The notes beneath the pieces are model-generated. The model did not search any database. It was not told the DNA's origin and was given only the letters and a program-made list of their open reading frames with translations. A stretch of 64,000 nt of DNA from the NCBI GenBank assembly GCA_963775425.1, contig CAVZJB010000005.1, positions 256,001 to 320,000 of the forward strand. Direction: 5' to 3'. How positions within the stretch are numbered: position 1 is the stretch's first letter; each line of letters opens with the position of its first letter. The stretch comes from an uncultured delta proteobacterium (GTDB lineage Bacteria; Myxococcota; UBA727; VGSZ01). The translations under genes were made by a program, and so were the position numbers. This document shows positions 28,824-38,984 of this stretch, piece after piece.

Positions 28824-30860
28824 TCAGGGCTCGGGCTGGTAGGCGGCCACCTGCGCTACCCAGTCCGTCGGCTTCATGTCGCTCGGCATGCGCCAGTCGC
28901 CCCGCGGCGACAGCGCGACGGTGCCGACCTTGGGGCCGTCGGTGGAGCAGGAGCGCTTGAACTGGTTCCGGAAGAAACGCTCGAGGAAGAGCGTGAGCCA
29001 CCTCTTGTGCTCATCGAGGCTGTAGCGCTCGCCGAACGCGTGCAGCGCGAGGTCGAGGATGCGCCCGGGCGCGCGGCCGTTCCGCACGAAGTGGAAGAGG
29101 TAGAAGTCGTGCAGCTCGTACGGCCCGATGGCCGCCTCCGTGAGGTGCGCGATCTTGCCGTCGACGTCGGTGGGCAACAGCTCCGGCGAGATGGGCGTGT
29201 CGAGGATGGAGAAGAGCGTGGCGCGCAGCTTGTCTGGATCGCCCTTGCCCGACCAGCTCGTCGCGCGCTCGTTGGCGACCCAACGCACGACGAATTGGAT
29301 GAGCGTCTTCGGGACGCCCGCGTTCACGTCGTACATCGAGATGTGATCGCCCGAGTACGTCGCCCAGCCGAGCGCCTTCTCCGACAGGTCGCCGGTGCCG
29401 ACGACGATGCCGCCGACGTGGTTGGCCAAGGTCATCAACACCAGCGTACGCAGCCGCGCCTGCGCGTTCTCGAGCGCGATGTCGCCGAGGCGGGGGTCGG
29501 CGCGCACGGCGGCGATCATCTCCTCGGTGGTGCCGCCCTCCTTGGCCGCGGGGTGGCCGATGGCCTGCAGCACCATGTGCGCCATCTCGCCGATGGCGAT
29601 GGTGCGCAGCTCCGCCCCGAGCGCCGTCGCCAGCGCGGCGGCGTTGCCCTTGGTGACGTCGCTCGTGCCGAGGCCCGGCATGGTGACGCACACGAGGTCC
29701 GAGCGTGGCTTGCCGAGCATGTCGAGCGCTTGCGCGGACACGAGCGCCGCCTGCGTGGAGTCGAGGCCGCCGGACACGCCGAGCACGAGCTTCTGCGCCG
29801 ACGGCGGCAGCGCTTGCATGCGCGTGGCGAGCGCGTTGGTCTGGATCTCGAAGATCTCCCAGAGGCGCCGCGCCAGCGTCTGCGGGTCGCGCGGCAGGAA
29901 CGGGTGCGCGGGGACGTCGCGCACGAGGCCGCGCGGCTCGCCCGCCGAGAAGCGCACGCGCCGCGGGGTGAAGCGCTGGTCCGCGGCGTTGTCCCCGAAG
30001 CTGTTGGTGGCCCGGCGCTCGTGAAGCAGTTGCTCGAGGTCGATGTCGACGGTGACGAGCTGCGACTCGCGGGCGAAGCGCCGCGACTCGACGAGGAGGT
30101 TGCCGTTTTCGCAGACGAAGGCGTCGGCGTCGAAGGCGAGGTCCGTGGACGACTCCCCGGGGCCGGCGGCGACGTAGACGTACGCGCACTTGCCCCGATC
30201 CGACGCCGAGCGGCACAAAAGGCGGCGCAGGTCCGCCTTGCCGATGGTGAAGTTCGATGCCGAGAGGTTGCAGCACACGGTGGCGCCGGCGCTCACCTGG
30301 CGCATGGACGGCGGCACCTGCACCCAGATGTCCTCGCAGATCTCGACGCCGACGACGAGCGCGCGCAGCGGATCCGCGCAGAACACGACGTCGGTGCCGA
30401 AGGGGACCGGCTCGGTCTGCGCCCCCGGGAACGTGTCGAGCACGGCGCCGGCGGGGACCTCGGTGCCGGGACGAAACCAGCGGCGCTCCTCGAACTCGCG
30501 GTAGCTCGGCAGGTAGCTCTTGGGGACCACGCCGAGCACGCGCCCGCGCTGCACGGCGACGGCGACGTTGTACACGCCGACCGGCGTCTCCAGCGGCATC
30601 CCGACGAGCGCGAGCGGCTCGAGCGCGCGCGACTCCTCGACGAGGCGCTCGAGGGCGCCGGCGCTCGCGTCGAGGAGCGTGCGATCGAGGAACATGTCGC
30701 GCGCGGTGTACGTGGACAGGCCGAGCTCGGGGAACACCACGAGCGCGCTGCGTTGCTCGTGCGCCTGCCGCCACAGCTTGATGGTCTCGTTGGCGTTGTG
30801 CCGCGTCCCACCGACGACGCAGGCCGGCACGCCGACGCTGACCCGAGCGAAGCCCCGCAT
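28824..30860 (-). CDS. nadE: Glutamine-dependent NAD+ synthetase
   Basis: Nitrilase domain FPELGL, VPKSYLPSYREFEERRWF, EICED; synthetase GVSGGLDST, ENAQARLRT, GTGDLSE, NQFKRS. Confidence 0.96.
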   Translation of the reverse strand: MRGFARVSVGVPACVVGGTRHNANETIKLWRQAHEQRSALVVFPELGLSTYTARDMFLDRTLLDASAGALERLVEESRALEPLALVGMPLETPVGVYNVAVAVQRGRVLGVVPKSYLPSYREFEERRWFRPGTEVPAGAVLDTFPGAQTEPVPFGTDVVFCADPLRALVVGVEICEDIWVQVPPSMRQVSAGATVCCNLSASNFTIGKADLRRLLCRSASDRGKCAYVYVAAGPGESSTDLAFDADAFVCENGNLLVESRRFARESQLVTVDIDLEQLLHERRATNSFGDNAADQRFTPRRVRFSAGEPRGLVRDVPAHPFLPRDPQTLARRLWEIFEIQTNALATRMQALPPSAQKLVLGVSGGLDSTQAALVSAQALDMLGKPRSDLVCVTMPGLGTSDVTKGNAAALATALGAELRTIAIGEMAHMVLQAIGHPAAKEGGTTEEMIAAVRADPRLGDIALENAQARLRTLVLMTLANHVGGIVVGTGDLSEKALGWATYSGDHISMYDVNAGVPKTLIQFVVRWVANERATSWSGKGDPDKLRATLFSILDTPISPELLPTDVDGKIAHLTEAAIGPYELHDFYLFHFVRNGRAPGRILDLALHAFGERYSLDEHKRWLTLFLERFFRNQFKRSCSTDGPKVGTVALSPRGDWRMPSDMKPTDWVAQVAAYQPEP

Positions 30861-30930
30861 GCCGCACACCTCCGCGAGCCTTGTTACGCCCCGTGCCCTC
30901 CCCCCGCAACGCTCCCTCCGTCGTGGCGCG

Positions 30931-32076
30931 TCACGACCAGGCGCGGGCGCGCTTGAGCGTCGGCACCAGGGCCATGGTGAGGGCGCCGAGGCCGAAGAGC
31001 ACCACGCCGATCGCCAGGAGCGCACCGGCGACGGGGACCTCGAGGAGGGCGAACAGCGCCAGGAGCCCGGCGGCCATCGGGATCCACGTCGTGCGGACGG
31101 CGATGTGGGCGCGGGCGCAGACGGCGCGGGCGACGGCGGCCGCGACGAGCGGCAGGGTGAGGGCCACCGCCAGCGCGAGGAAGCCGCCGAGGAACAGCGC
31201 GAGCCACCAGCCGCCGACGACGGCGCCCGCGGCCAAAAGGAGGGCGACCCCCACCGGGGCGGCGACGACGACGGCGGCGCCCACGCCGAGGCTCGCGGCC
31301 GGCCGGGCGCGCAGCGTGCGGATGGCGCGGTGGGCGAAGCCGCGCGAGACGCCGAGCCACAAAAGGCCGAGGAGGAAGACGCCCGTCAGCCCCTGGAGCC
31401 ACCCGACGACGACCCCCGCCGGGGCCAGGCGCTGCAGCGGCGTCATCTGCTCGATCACCCGGCCGCTGACGACCGCCCCCGCGGCGCGGTGCACGCGCTC
31501 GCTGCCGGACATGCGCACGTCGCCATGGACGACGGCCTCGGGCCCGATGACGAGCCGGGCGCGGCGCCCGCCGAGGTCGGCGGCGACCACGCCGCGGCCG
31601 ACGGTGCCGTCGATCTCCAGGCGCCCGAGGCCGCCGCGCACGCCGCCGGCGACGTCGCCGTCGACGCGGGCGTTCCCCGCGACGAGCGCGTCGCCGCCCA
31701 CGTCCCCGCTGACGCTCAGCTCGGGGCCGGCGGCGGCCGCGTCTCCGCCGACGGGGCCGGCGACGGCGACGCGGGCGCCGGCGGCGCGGACGTCTCCGTC
31801 GACGAGGCCGGCGAGGGTGAGCTCGCCCCCGGCGGCGACGACGTCTCCCTCCACGTGGCCGTCGACGACGACGGAGGCGGCGACGGCCACGAGGTCGCCG
31901 GTGATCGTGCCGTGCACGACGACGCTGCGGCCGAAGGCGTAGAGGTTCCCCTCGACGACGTCGGCGTCGCCGACGACGACGGCGGCGCCGGCCCGCGTCT
32001 CCGCCCGCGCGGGCGCGGCGCCGAGGGCCGGCAGGAGGGCCGCGGCCGCCCCGAGCAGCGCGAGCCCTCCGCGCAT
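30931..32076 (-). CDS. Bactofilin-like beta-helix membrane protein
   Basis: Signal peptide; repeated V(D/E)G(D/N)V..AG units; about five C-terminal TM helices. Confidence 0.8.
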   Translation of the reverse strand: MRGGLALLGAAAALLPALGAAPARAETRAGAAVVVGDADVVEGNLYAFGRSVVVHGTITGDLVAVAASVVVDGHVEGDVVAAGGELTLAGLVDGDVRAAGARVAVAGPVGGDAAAAGPELSVSGDVGGDALVAGNARVDGDVAGGVRGGLGRLEIDGTVGRGVVAADLGGRRARLVIGPEAVVHGDVRMSGSERVHRAAGAVVSGRVIEQMTPLQRLAPAGVVVGWLQGLTGVFLLGLLWLGVSRGFAHRAIRTLRARPAASLGVGAAVVVAAPVGVALLLAAGAVVGGWWLALFLGGFLALAVALTLPLVAAAVARAVCARAHIAVRTTWIPMAAGLLALFALLEVPVAGALLAIGVVLFGLGALTMALVPTLKRARAWS

Positions 32077-32277
32077 CAGGGCCGGCGGGCGTGGTGGCCT
32101 CGGGTGGCGCGCGGGGGCGACGGGGCGGGGGGCGGGGGCCATGGCGCAGCGGATTGAATCAAGCGCCGTGCCGCCGGGCGCGGCGCCGGCGGGCGCCATG
32201 GACGCGAGCCGCGACGCGGCCGGCGCCGGCGGGCGCCGTTGCTTTTCACGCAGCGCGGTGCGCGGGCGCCCGTGGGC

Positions 32278-32967
32278 TCAACGGGGCCGGTGCGCGGGCA
32301 CCGCCACCGGCGTCCCCGAGTGCGCGGGCCCCGCTCCGCTGGTCTGTCCCTCGCTCCGCGTCGGCACGCGCTGGGAGCCCTCCTCGACGAGCGCGACGAA
32401 GCGGGCGGTGGCGACGGCGAGCCGCGCGGCGCGGTCGAGGTCGTTGATGTCGACGAGCCCAAAGCGGCCGGTGAGCTGCCCGCTCTCCTCGAGGTGGACG
32501 CTTATCACGGCGTCGTCGGCGAAGGCCGCGTCGAGCGCCGCGCGCACGCCGGCGTCGGCGAACCAGGCGCGCAGGGCGGGGACGTTGTCGCCGTCGACGA
32601 CGTAGCGCTCGTCGACGCCGGAGCCGACCTCGATGGCCCCGAGCGGCGAGCTGTTGAGCAGCGCGCGCCGCTCGATGCTGAACCACGAGCGCGCCGCCGC
32701 GAGCGGCGCCTGCGCCGTCGCCACCCATTCCGGCGGGCCGTCCTCGCGGCCGCCGCCGGAGGCCAGGGTGAGCGGGTGGAGGGGCGGCCTCGTGTGCAGG
32801 ACGGCGGGGCCGTAGGGGCCCATGTGGGCCGAGCGGAGCTCCGGGGTGTCGACGTCCTCGAGCGGCCACCGCCGGAGCCCTCGCCAGAGCCGCACGACGG
32901 CTACGAGGCCGAACGCGCCGACCGGCGCGAGGAACATGATGAAGACGATCGCGAGCGCGGGGTTCAC
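32278..32967 (-). CDS. Hypothetical membrane protein
   Basis: GTG start 10 nt after pfkA stop, GGGAG RBS, N-terminal TM helix. Confidence 0.6.
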   Translation of the reverse strand: MNPALAIVFIMFLAPVGAFGLVAVVRLWRGLRRWPLEDVDTPELRSAHMGPYGPAVLHTRPPLHPLTLASGGGREDGPPEWVATAQAPLAAARSWFSIERRALLNSSPLGAIEVGSGVDERYVVDGDNVPALRAWFADAGVRAALDAAFADDAVISVHLEESGQLTGRFGLVDINDLDRAARLAVATARFVALVEEGSQRVPTRSEGQTSGAGPAHSGTPVAVPAHRPR

Positions 32968-32977
32968 CGGCGGCTCC

Positions 32978-34078
32978 CTACAGAGCGAGGAGCCCCTCGG
33001 CCTTCGACAGGAGCGCAACGCGGGCGCGGGTCACGGCGCTGCTGCCGTCCAGGAGCGCCTTGGTCTCCGTCATCATGTCGGCGAGCTTGACCAGGCGCAC
33101 CGAGGGATCGTCGGTCTTGTCGCCGAAGCCGCCCGGCGACTCCCACGAGAGCATGACGTCGTGAGCGCCGTCTTCGACGGCGGTGACGGCGGCGAAGCCG
33201 AGGCGCTGCGCGATGACCCGGTCGGTGGCCGAGGGCCGGCCGCCGCGGACGATGTGGCCGAGGATGGTCTCGCGGATCTCGACGCCGGGGGCGTCGCGCT
33301 CGAGGAACGCCGAGAGCCTCTCGACGAGCACCGCGGTCTTCACCCTCACGCCCTCGGCCTTGATGATGAGCACGCGCTTTTTGTGGCGCGCGCCCGCGGC
33401 GCCGGCGGGCCCGGCGGACAAGCCGAAGGACGTGGCGATGAGCGTACGCAGCTTGTCGACGAGCTCGTCCTCGGAGATCTGCTTTTCGGCGTACAGGATG
33501 GCGTCGGCCTCCGCCGCGAGCCCCGCGCGCATGGCGAGGTAGCCGCACTGGCGCCCCATGACCTCGACGATGAAGACGCGGCGGTGCGCGGCCGCCGTGT
33601 CGGAGATGCGATCGCAGGCGTCGACGATGGTGTTGACCGCGGTGTCGACGCCGATGGCGAGGCCGCAGTGGCCGACGTCGTTGTCGATGGAGGCGGGCAC
33701 GCCGAGGATGCGGCAGGTGGTCGCGCCGTCGCCGTCGCCCTCGGCCAGCGCGTGCGCACCGCTGAGCGAGCCGTTGCCGCCGATGACGACGAGGGCCTCG
33801 AGCCCCAGCGACGAGAGCCTGGCGCGTGCCTGCGCCTGCCCCTCGTGCGTGGGGAACAGCTTGCTGCGCGCGGAGCCGAGCATGGTGCCGCCGTCGCGCG
33901 CGATGCCGTCGACGTCGGGCAGCGCCAACGGCCGCGTCTCGCCCGCCAGCAGCCCCGCGTAGCCGTTCATCACGCCGACGACGGAGTGGCCGTGGCCGAC
34001 GCCGGCCTTCACGATGCTGTGGATGGCGGCGTTCATCCCGGGCGCATCACCGCCCGAGGTCAAGACTCCGATGCGCAT
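32978..34078 (-). CDS. pfkA: 6-phosphofructokinase
   Basis: IGVLTSGGDAPGMN, GGTMLGSARS, IGGNGS, PASIDND, VEVMGRQCGYLA, LGHIVRGG. Confidence 0.95.
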   Translation of the reverse strand: MRIGVLTSGGDAPGMNAAIHSIVKAGVGHGHSVVGVMNGYAGLLAGETRPLALPDVDGIARDGGTMLGSARSKLFPTHEGQAQARARLSSLGLEALVVIGGNGSLSGAHALAEGDGDGATTCRILGVPASIDNDVGHCGLAIGVDTAVNTIVDACDRISDTAAAHRRVFIVEVMGRQCGYLAMRAGLAAEADAILYAEKQISEDELVDKLRTLIATSFGLSAGPAGAAGARHKKRVLIIKAEGVRVKTAVLVERLSAFLERDAPGVEIRETILGHIVRGGRPSATDRVIAQRLGFAAVTAVEDGAHDVMLSWESPGGFGDKTDDPSVRLVKLADMMTETKALLDGSSAVTRARVALLSKAEGLLAL

Positions 34079-34087
34079 GAGGCGAGA

Positions 34088-34849
34088 CTACCGCTTGGCG
34101 CCGAGCTCGGCCTCGATCTGCTTTTCGATCTCGTCGAGCGACTGCTGCTCGGCGGGCTCGGGCTCGGCGGTGACGGCGGGCGCCATCCCCATCTTGGCCT
34201 TGAGCGCGGCGAGGGCGTCGTCGGCCTCGACCTTCTCGAGCTGATCGAACTTGCGCTGGAGGTCGTCGCCGCTGGTGGTCTCGGCGAGCTCGAACGTGGC
34301 CTGGGCCTCCGCCTCGGCCTTGTTGATCTTCTCCTCCATGCGACTCATCGTGTCGAACGCGCTCGTCGACGAGATGCCGTCGAGGGTCTCGGCGATGGTC
34401 TTTTGCGCTTCGGCGCGCTTGGCCCGCGCGATGAGGAGGTTCTTCTTGCGCTTGGCCTCCTCGATCTTGGAGTTGAGGCCCTGGAGGGCGTTTTTGAGCT
34501 GGTCGACGGACGCCTTCTGCGCCGTCCACTGCTGCTCGTAGCCGAAGGCAAGCTTCTCGTGGTCCGTCTTGCGCTGCAGCGCCTGCTTGGCGAGGTCGTC
34601 GTTCCCCGCCTTGACGGCCATCATGGCCTTCTTCTCCCACTCGACGGTGAGCTGCTTTTCCTGCTCGAACTGCTTCTGCAGGCGCTTCTCGTCGGCGATG
34701 GCGACGGCGACCTGTTTCTTGGCCTCCACCATCTGCCCCTGCATGTCGAGGAGCATCTGGTTGAGCATCTTCTCGGGGTCTTCCGACCTCGAAATCGCGT
34801 CGTTGACGTTCGACTTGAGAAGCGTGCCGATGCGGGAAAAGATCGCCAT
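34088..34849 (-). CDS. pspA: PspA/IM30 family protein
   Basis: MAIFSRIGTLLKSNVND...EDPEKML; AFDTMSRMEEKI; long coiled coil. Confidence 0.93.
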   Translation of the reverse strand: MAIFSRIGTLLKSNVNDAISRSEDPEKMLNQMLLDMQGQMVEAKKQVAVAIADEKRLQKQFEQEKQLTVEWEKKAMMAVKAGNDDLAKQALQRKTDHEKLAFGYEQQWTAQKASVDQLKNALQGLNSKIEEAKRKKNLLIARAKRAEAQKTIAETLDGISSTSAFDTMSRMEEKINKAEAEAQATFELAETTSGDDLQRKFDQLEKVEADDALAALKAKMGMAPAVTAEPEPAEQQSLDEIEKQIEAELGAKR

Positions 34850-34876
34850 GCGCTACACCCTGAAAAGAAGCTTACC

Positions 34877-35290
34877 CTACGCCCGCGCCACGCCGGTCGT
34901 GCCCTTGCCCACGAACGGTGCGAGGCGCCGGTAATGGGTTGTAATCGCGAGGTTCAGCGCGTCCACCGACGCCTGGAACTCGTTGAAATCGAGGTTCTCG
35001 GCCTGAAGGGTGTCCGTCGCGACGACGGCGTTGGCCTCCAGGCCATAGGCGCCGTGGAGCATCTCGGTGGCGTTCAGCCGGAGCAGCTCCTCGTACAGGC
35101 GCAGGCGGTCGCACCCGGCCGGGATCTCCATCAGCTTGACGTGGAAGACGATGACGGGGTCGTTGAGGGTGACGACGAGGTTGTCGAGCGCGTCGTCGTT
35201 GTCCCGGATCATCCACGTATCTTTGGCGAGCTCGTCGTACGAGACGCCCATTCTGATGAGGTAGCCCTCGATGTCCGAAGCTGTGACCAT
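34877..35290 (-). CDS. YbjN/CesT-like chaperone-fold protein
   Basis: LYEELLRLNATEMLHGAYGLE...DTLQAENLDFNEFQAS. Confidence 0.8.
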   Translation of the reverse strand: MVTASDIEGYLIRMGVSYDELAKDTWMIRDNDDALDNLVVTLNDPVIVFHVKLMEIPAGCDRLRLYEELLRLNATEMLHGAYGLEANAVVATDTLQAENLDFNEFQASVDALNLAITTHYRRLAPFVGKGTTGVARA

Positions 35291-35417
35291 GGTTCCCTTC
35301 TACAACGGATGAACGCCGGGTGGGGTCTCGAAAGTCCGTCTCAACCCGTACCTTGGACGCGGCCGGGGCCCCGTCAACGTGATTGCCCGCACGTGTCGAT
35401 GCTACAAAGGCACACGG

Positions 35418-36251
35418 ATGGTCCAGTTCAACCACGCCCAGCGGGAGATCACGCTGAAGGTCGTCTATTACGGGCCCGCGTTGAGCGGGAAGACGACGAA
35501 CCTGCAGATGATCCACCAATTCCTCGACGCGCAGGCCCGCGGGCGGCTCATGAGCCTGGACACGGCCGACGACCGCACCCTGTTCTTCGACCTCCTGCCG
35601 GTCTTCTTCAAGTCCAAGACGGGCTTCAAGGTCAAGATCAAGCTCTACACGGTCCCCGGCCAGATCATGCACACCTCCACCCGCCGCATCGTGCTCAGCG
35701 GGGCCGACGGGGTGGTCTTCATCGCCGACAGCCAGCGCAGCGAGGCCAAGGCCAACAACGACGCCTGGCGCTCGATGATGGAGAACCTGCGCCAAAACGG
35801 CATCGACCCCGACCAGATCCCCATCGCCATCCAGTTCAACAAGCGGGACCTGCCGAACGTCAGGACCGACACGGAGATCGACGAGATCAAGGCCAAGAGC
35901 AAGGAGCCCGTGTTCACCGCCGTCGCCGTGCGCGGCGAGGGCGTGCTCGAGACCCTGTTCGCGCTCCTGAAGCTCACCTACCGCAACCTCAACAGCCGCT
36001 ACGAGTTCGAGGGCAAGTTCGGCATCGGCGAGGCCGAGTTCCTGCGCTCCGTCTTCAAGCGGGTGCGCGCCGGCGTGCTCAAGGGCGCCCCCGACGGCGG
36101 CGAGGGCGGCGGCAACAGCGGGGGCGAGCCGGGCGCCGGCTTCGCCGACCCGGAGGCCACGCTGAAGAACCCGGTGGCCGGCGGCGGCGACGCCCGCGAC
36201 ACCGTCGACGACATCAACCTGAGCGCGCTGCGCGAGGGAGGTGACTCGTGA
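35418..36251 (+). CDS. MglA-like small GTPase with C-terminal extension
   Basis: [44 protein letters not shown]. Confidence 0.92.
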   Translation: MVQFNHAQREITLKVVYYGPALSGKTTNLQMIHQFLDAQARGRLMSLDTADDRTLFFDLLPVFFKSKTGFKVKIKLYTVPGQIMHTSTRRIVLSGADGVVFIADSQRSEAKANNDAWRSMMENLRQNGIDPDQIPIAIQFNKRDLPNVRTDTEIDEIKAKSKEPVFTAVAVRGEGVLETLFALLKLTYRNLNSRYEFEGKFGIGEAEFLRSVFKRVRAGVLKGAPDGGEGGGNSGGEPGAGFADPEATLKNPVAGGGDARDTVDDINLSALREGGDS

Positions 36252-37699
36252 GCACCTCCGTCGCCGAGAAGAAGGGGATCGCGCCGCTCAAGAGCGTCGA
36301 CGCCAGCGTCCTGCAAAAGCGCATCGCCCTCGTCGACCTCATCGACGCCGAGTCCTTCAAGGACGTGATGTCGGCGTTCGCGGAGCTGTACCGCGTGGGC
36401 GTCAAGGTGTTCGACACCGAGGGCAACAAGATCGTCGACATCCGCGTCGGCAACTCCGGCTTCTGCGGCTACCTCTGGGAGTTCGGCAGCACCCGGCAGG
36501 CGTGCACGCGCCTGGTGACGGGCCTCAAAAACGACCCCTTCGTGGTCGAAAACGGCGTCGAGCAGCCGCGGCTCGTCGACTGCTTCTCGGGGCTCCGCTA
36601 CGTCGTGGTGCCCTTGCACTACGAGGGCGACCTGATGGGCCGCCTGATCTTCGGGCCCTATATGCCGCAGGCGCTGGCGCAGCCCTCGGAGGGCCTGTAT
36701 CGCATCGAGAGCCGGATCGACCGGCGGCGCGCGAACCAGCTCGTGGAGCCCGTGCGCAAGGCCCCGGACGACCTCGTCGCCAAGCTCCTGTCGCAGGTGC
36801 AGCGCATCGTCGAGGTGCTGGTGTTCACCAGCTACCGCGCGCTGTTGACGTCGCAGATGCACATCGAGTCGGTGACGTCGAGCTACCACGAGCTCGAGGA
36901 CAAAAACGCCAAGCTCAAGGAGCAAAACGAGCGGCTCCAGGAGCTCGACAAGCTGAAGAGCAACTTCCTCGCCACGGTGTCCCACGAGCTGCGCACGCCG
37001 CTCACGAGCGTCATCGGGTACTCGGAGATGCTGCTCGAAGGCATGGCCGGCGTGCTCAACGACGAGCAGCGCGAGTACGTGAAGACCATCATGGACAAGG
37101 GCGAGTCGCTCCTGTCGCTCATCTCCCAGATCCTCGATCTGTCACGCATCGAGAGCGGCAACCTCCGCCTCAGCCCCACCGACGTGAACCTCAAGGAGAT
37201 CCTGAAGGCGGCGACGACGTCGGTGATCCCGCAGTGCCAGAAGAAGCAGATCACGCTCGACGTCGACATCGCGCAGGACCTGCCCTACGTGAAGGCCGAC
37301 CGCGACAAGGTCGGGCAGGTCATCGTCAACCTCCTCGGCAACTCGGTGAAGTTCACGCCCATCGGCGGCAAGATCACGCTGCGCGGCCAGATGTGGACGG
37401 GGCCTCGCCGCCACAAGAAGAAGAGCGACGACGACGGCGCTGCGGACCTCTTCGACCTCAAGGACGAGACCTTCGTGCGCATCGACGTCGTCGACAGCGG
37501 CGTCGGCATCCCCAAGGACAAGCTCGACAAGGTCTTCGAGCGCTTCTTCCAGGTCGACAACTCGAGCACCCGCGAATACGGCGGCACCGGCCTCGGCCTC
37601 AGCATCGTGAAGAGCTTCGTGGAGGCGCACCGCGGCGAGATCTTCGTCGAGAGCGACGTCGGCCAGGGCTCCACGTTCACGGTCCTCCTTCCCGTGTGA
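36248..37699 (+). CDS. Cytoplasmic histidine kinase with PocR-like sensor domain
   Basis: Cys pattern FC..C..CFSGL in N-domain; SHELRTPL; [10 protein letters not shown]; DSGVGI; FFQVD; GGTGLGL; GTGA overlap with the GTPase gene. Confidence 0.92.
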   Translation: MSTSVAEKKGIAPLKSVDASVLQKRIALVDLIDAESFKDVMSAFAELYRVGVKVFDTEGNKIVDIRVGNSGFCGYLWEFGSTRQACTRLVTGLKNDPFVVENGVEQPRLVDCFSGLRYVVVPLHYEGDLMGRLIFGPYMPQALAQPSEGLYRIESRIDRRRANQLVEPVRKAPDDLVAKLLSQVQRIVEVLVFTSYRALLTSQMHIESVTSSYHELEDKNAKLKEQNERLQELDKLKSNFLATVSHELRTPLTSVIGYSEMLLEGMAGVLNDEQREYVKTIMDKGESLLSLISQILDLSRIESGNLRLSPTDVNLKEILKAATTSVIPQCQKKQITLDVDIAQDLPYVKADRDKVGQVIVNLLGNSVKFTPIGGKITLRGQMWTGPRRHKKKSDDDGAADLFDLKDETFVRIDVVDSGVGIPKDKLDKVFERFFQVDNSSTREYGGTGLGLSIVKSFVEAHRGEIFVESDVGQGSTFTVLLPV

Positions 37700-37787
37700 G
37701 CCGCGGGTCGACGTCGGCGGGGTGTCCGCTTTTGCGGACGCCGGAGCGCGTCTGGCACAGTCCCCGGCACGGTCCGGGTCGGGCCGC

Positions 37788-38069
<282 letters not shown>

Positions 38070-38079
38070 GCCGCCGCTT

Positions 38080-38121
38080 CGCCAGGTCAATCCGCGGGCG
38101 CGCCCGCGGCTCGGCCTGGCG
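38080..38121. terminator. GC-rich hairpin between convergent genes
   Basis: Perfect palindrome CCGCGGGCGCGCCCGCGG (38092-38109) flanked by CGCCAGG/CCTGGCG; no U-tract. Confidence 0.45.
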
Positions 38122-38183
38122 GCGGGTCGTCGTCGACGCAGCGCGCGCGACCCGGGCGTCTTCGGTGGGACGGTCTCGGCGTC

Positions 38184-38894
38184 CTACGAGGCGTCGGAGG
38201 CGTCGGAGGCGTCCGAGGCGTCGGAGGCGACCGGGACGCCGACGGGGGCGCCGGTGGCGCCGGCGCGCGAGCCCGGGGGGATCACGGCCTTTTCGCGGGC
38301 GAGGGCCTGGGCGGCGGGGATGGCCCGCGCCATCTGGATGAGCAGCATGACGCGCACGAACACCATGGCGACGGGCGGGGTCCCGCCCACGCTGGCGACG
38401 AGCACGAGCGAGGCGATGCCGTCGAGGGCGAACAGGCCGACGGCGATGTAGAGGGCGGCGGCGCTCGCCCTGCGGATCCACATGCCGAGCGCGGCGTAGA
38501 CGGCGGCGAAGAAGAGGCTCGGCAAGCCGAAGCCCGCCTGCGCGAGCATGCCGCCCACGACCATCGCGATGGCGCCGAAGAGCCCGTTCATGCCGGCGAT
38601 GAAGAAGGCGATGCCCGCCGCGAGCTTCACGCGCACGGCGGGGTCGTTGGCCGCCCCCTTGAGGGGCTCACCGTCGAGGAAGATCTGCAGCTCCGGCGAG
38701 AAGGCCGTCTTGTGGAAGACGACGTGGAGGTTCTGTCCGGTCTCGAGCTGCACCGCGAGGCCCCCGGCGTGGTGCCGGATGTTCGGCGACGTCGCCACCT
38801 GCTGCCCGTTGAACCGCACGACGAAGTTCTTCCAGGCAAAGCCCCACTCGAGCTCGAGCTCTCCGCCCTTCACCGCAAATCGACTCTTCGCCAT
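38184..38894 (-). CDS. Hypothetical membrane protein
   Basis: Soluble beta N-domain (LEWGFAWKNFVVRFNG); four TM helices; C-terminal (ASD)n 9-bp repeats. Alternative start 38936. Confidence 0.75.
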   Translation of the reverse strand: MAKSRFAVKGGELELEWGFAWKNFVVRFNGQQVATSPNIRHHAGGLAVQLETGQNLHVVFHKTAFSPELQIFLDGEPLKGAANDPAVRVKLAAGIAFFIAGMNGLFGAIAMVVGGMLAQAGFGLPSLFFAAVYAALGMWIRRASAAALYIAVGLFALDGIASLVLVASVGGTPPVAMVFVRVMLLIQMARAIPAAQALAREKAVIPPGSRAGATGAPVGVPVASDASDASDASDAS

Positions 38895-38984
38895 GACCGC
38901 CCTCCGTCGCTCGCGCTCTTTCGCACGCCGCCCCATCGCCAGCGATGACCCACGACACAGCGGCCGTTGGCGTAGATTCGACGG

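Noticed and set aside
37753-37769. Possible sigma54 promoter (TGGCAC...) before the poly-GE gene
   Set aside because: GG-to-GC spacing is 11 rather than 10 and the TTGC element is missing.
38188-38228. 9-bp GAGGCGTCG tandem repeat
   Set aside because: Simple low-complexity (ASD)n protein tail with no further signal.
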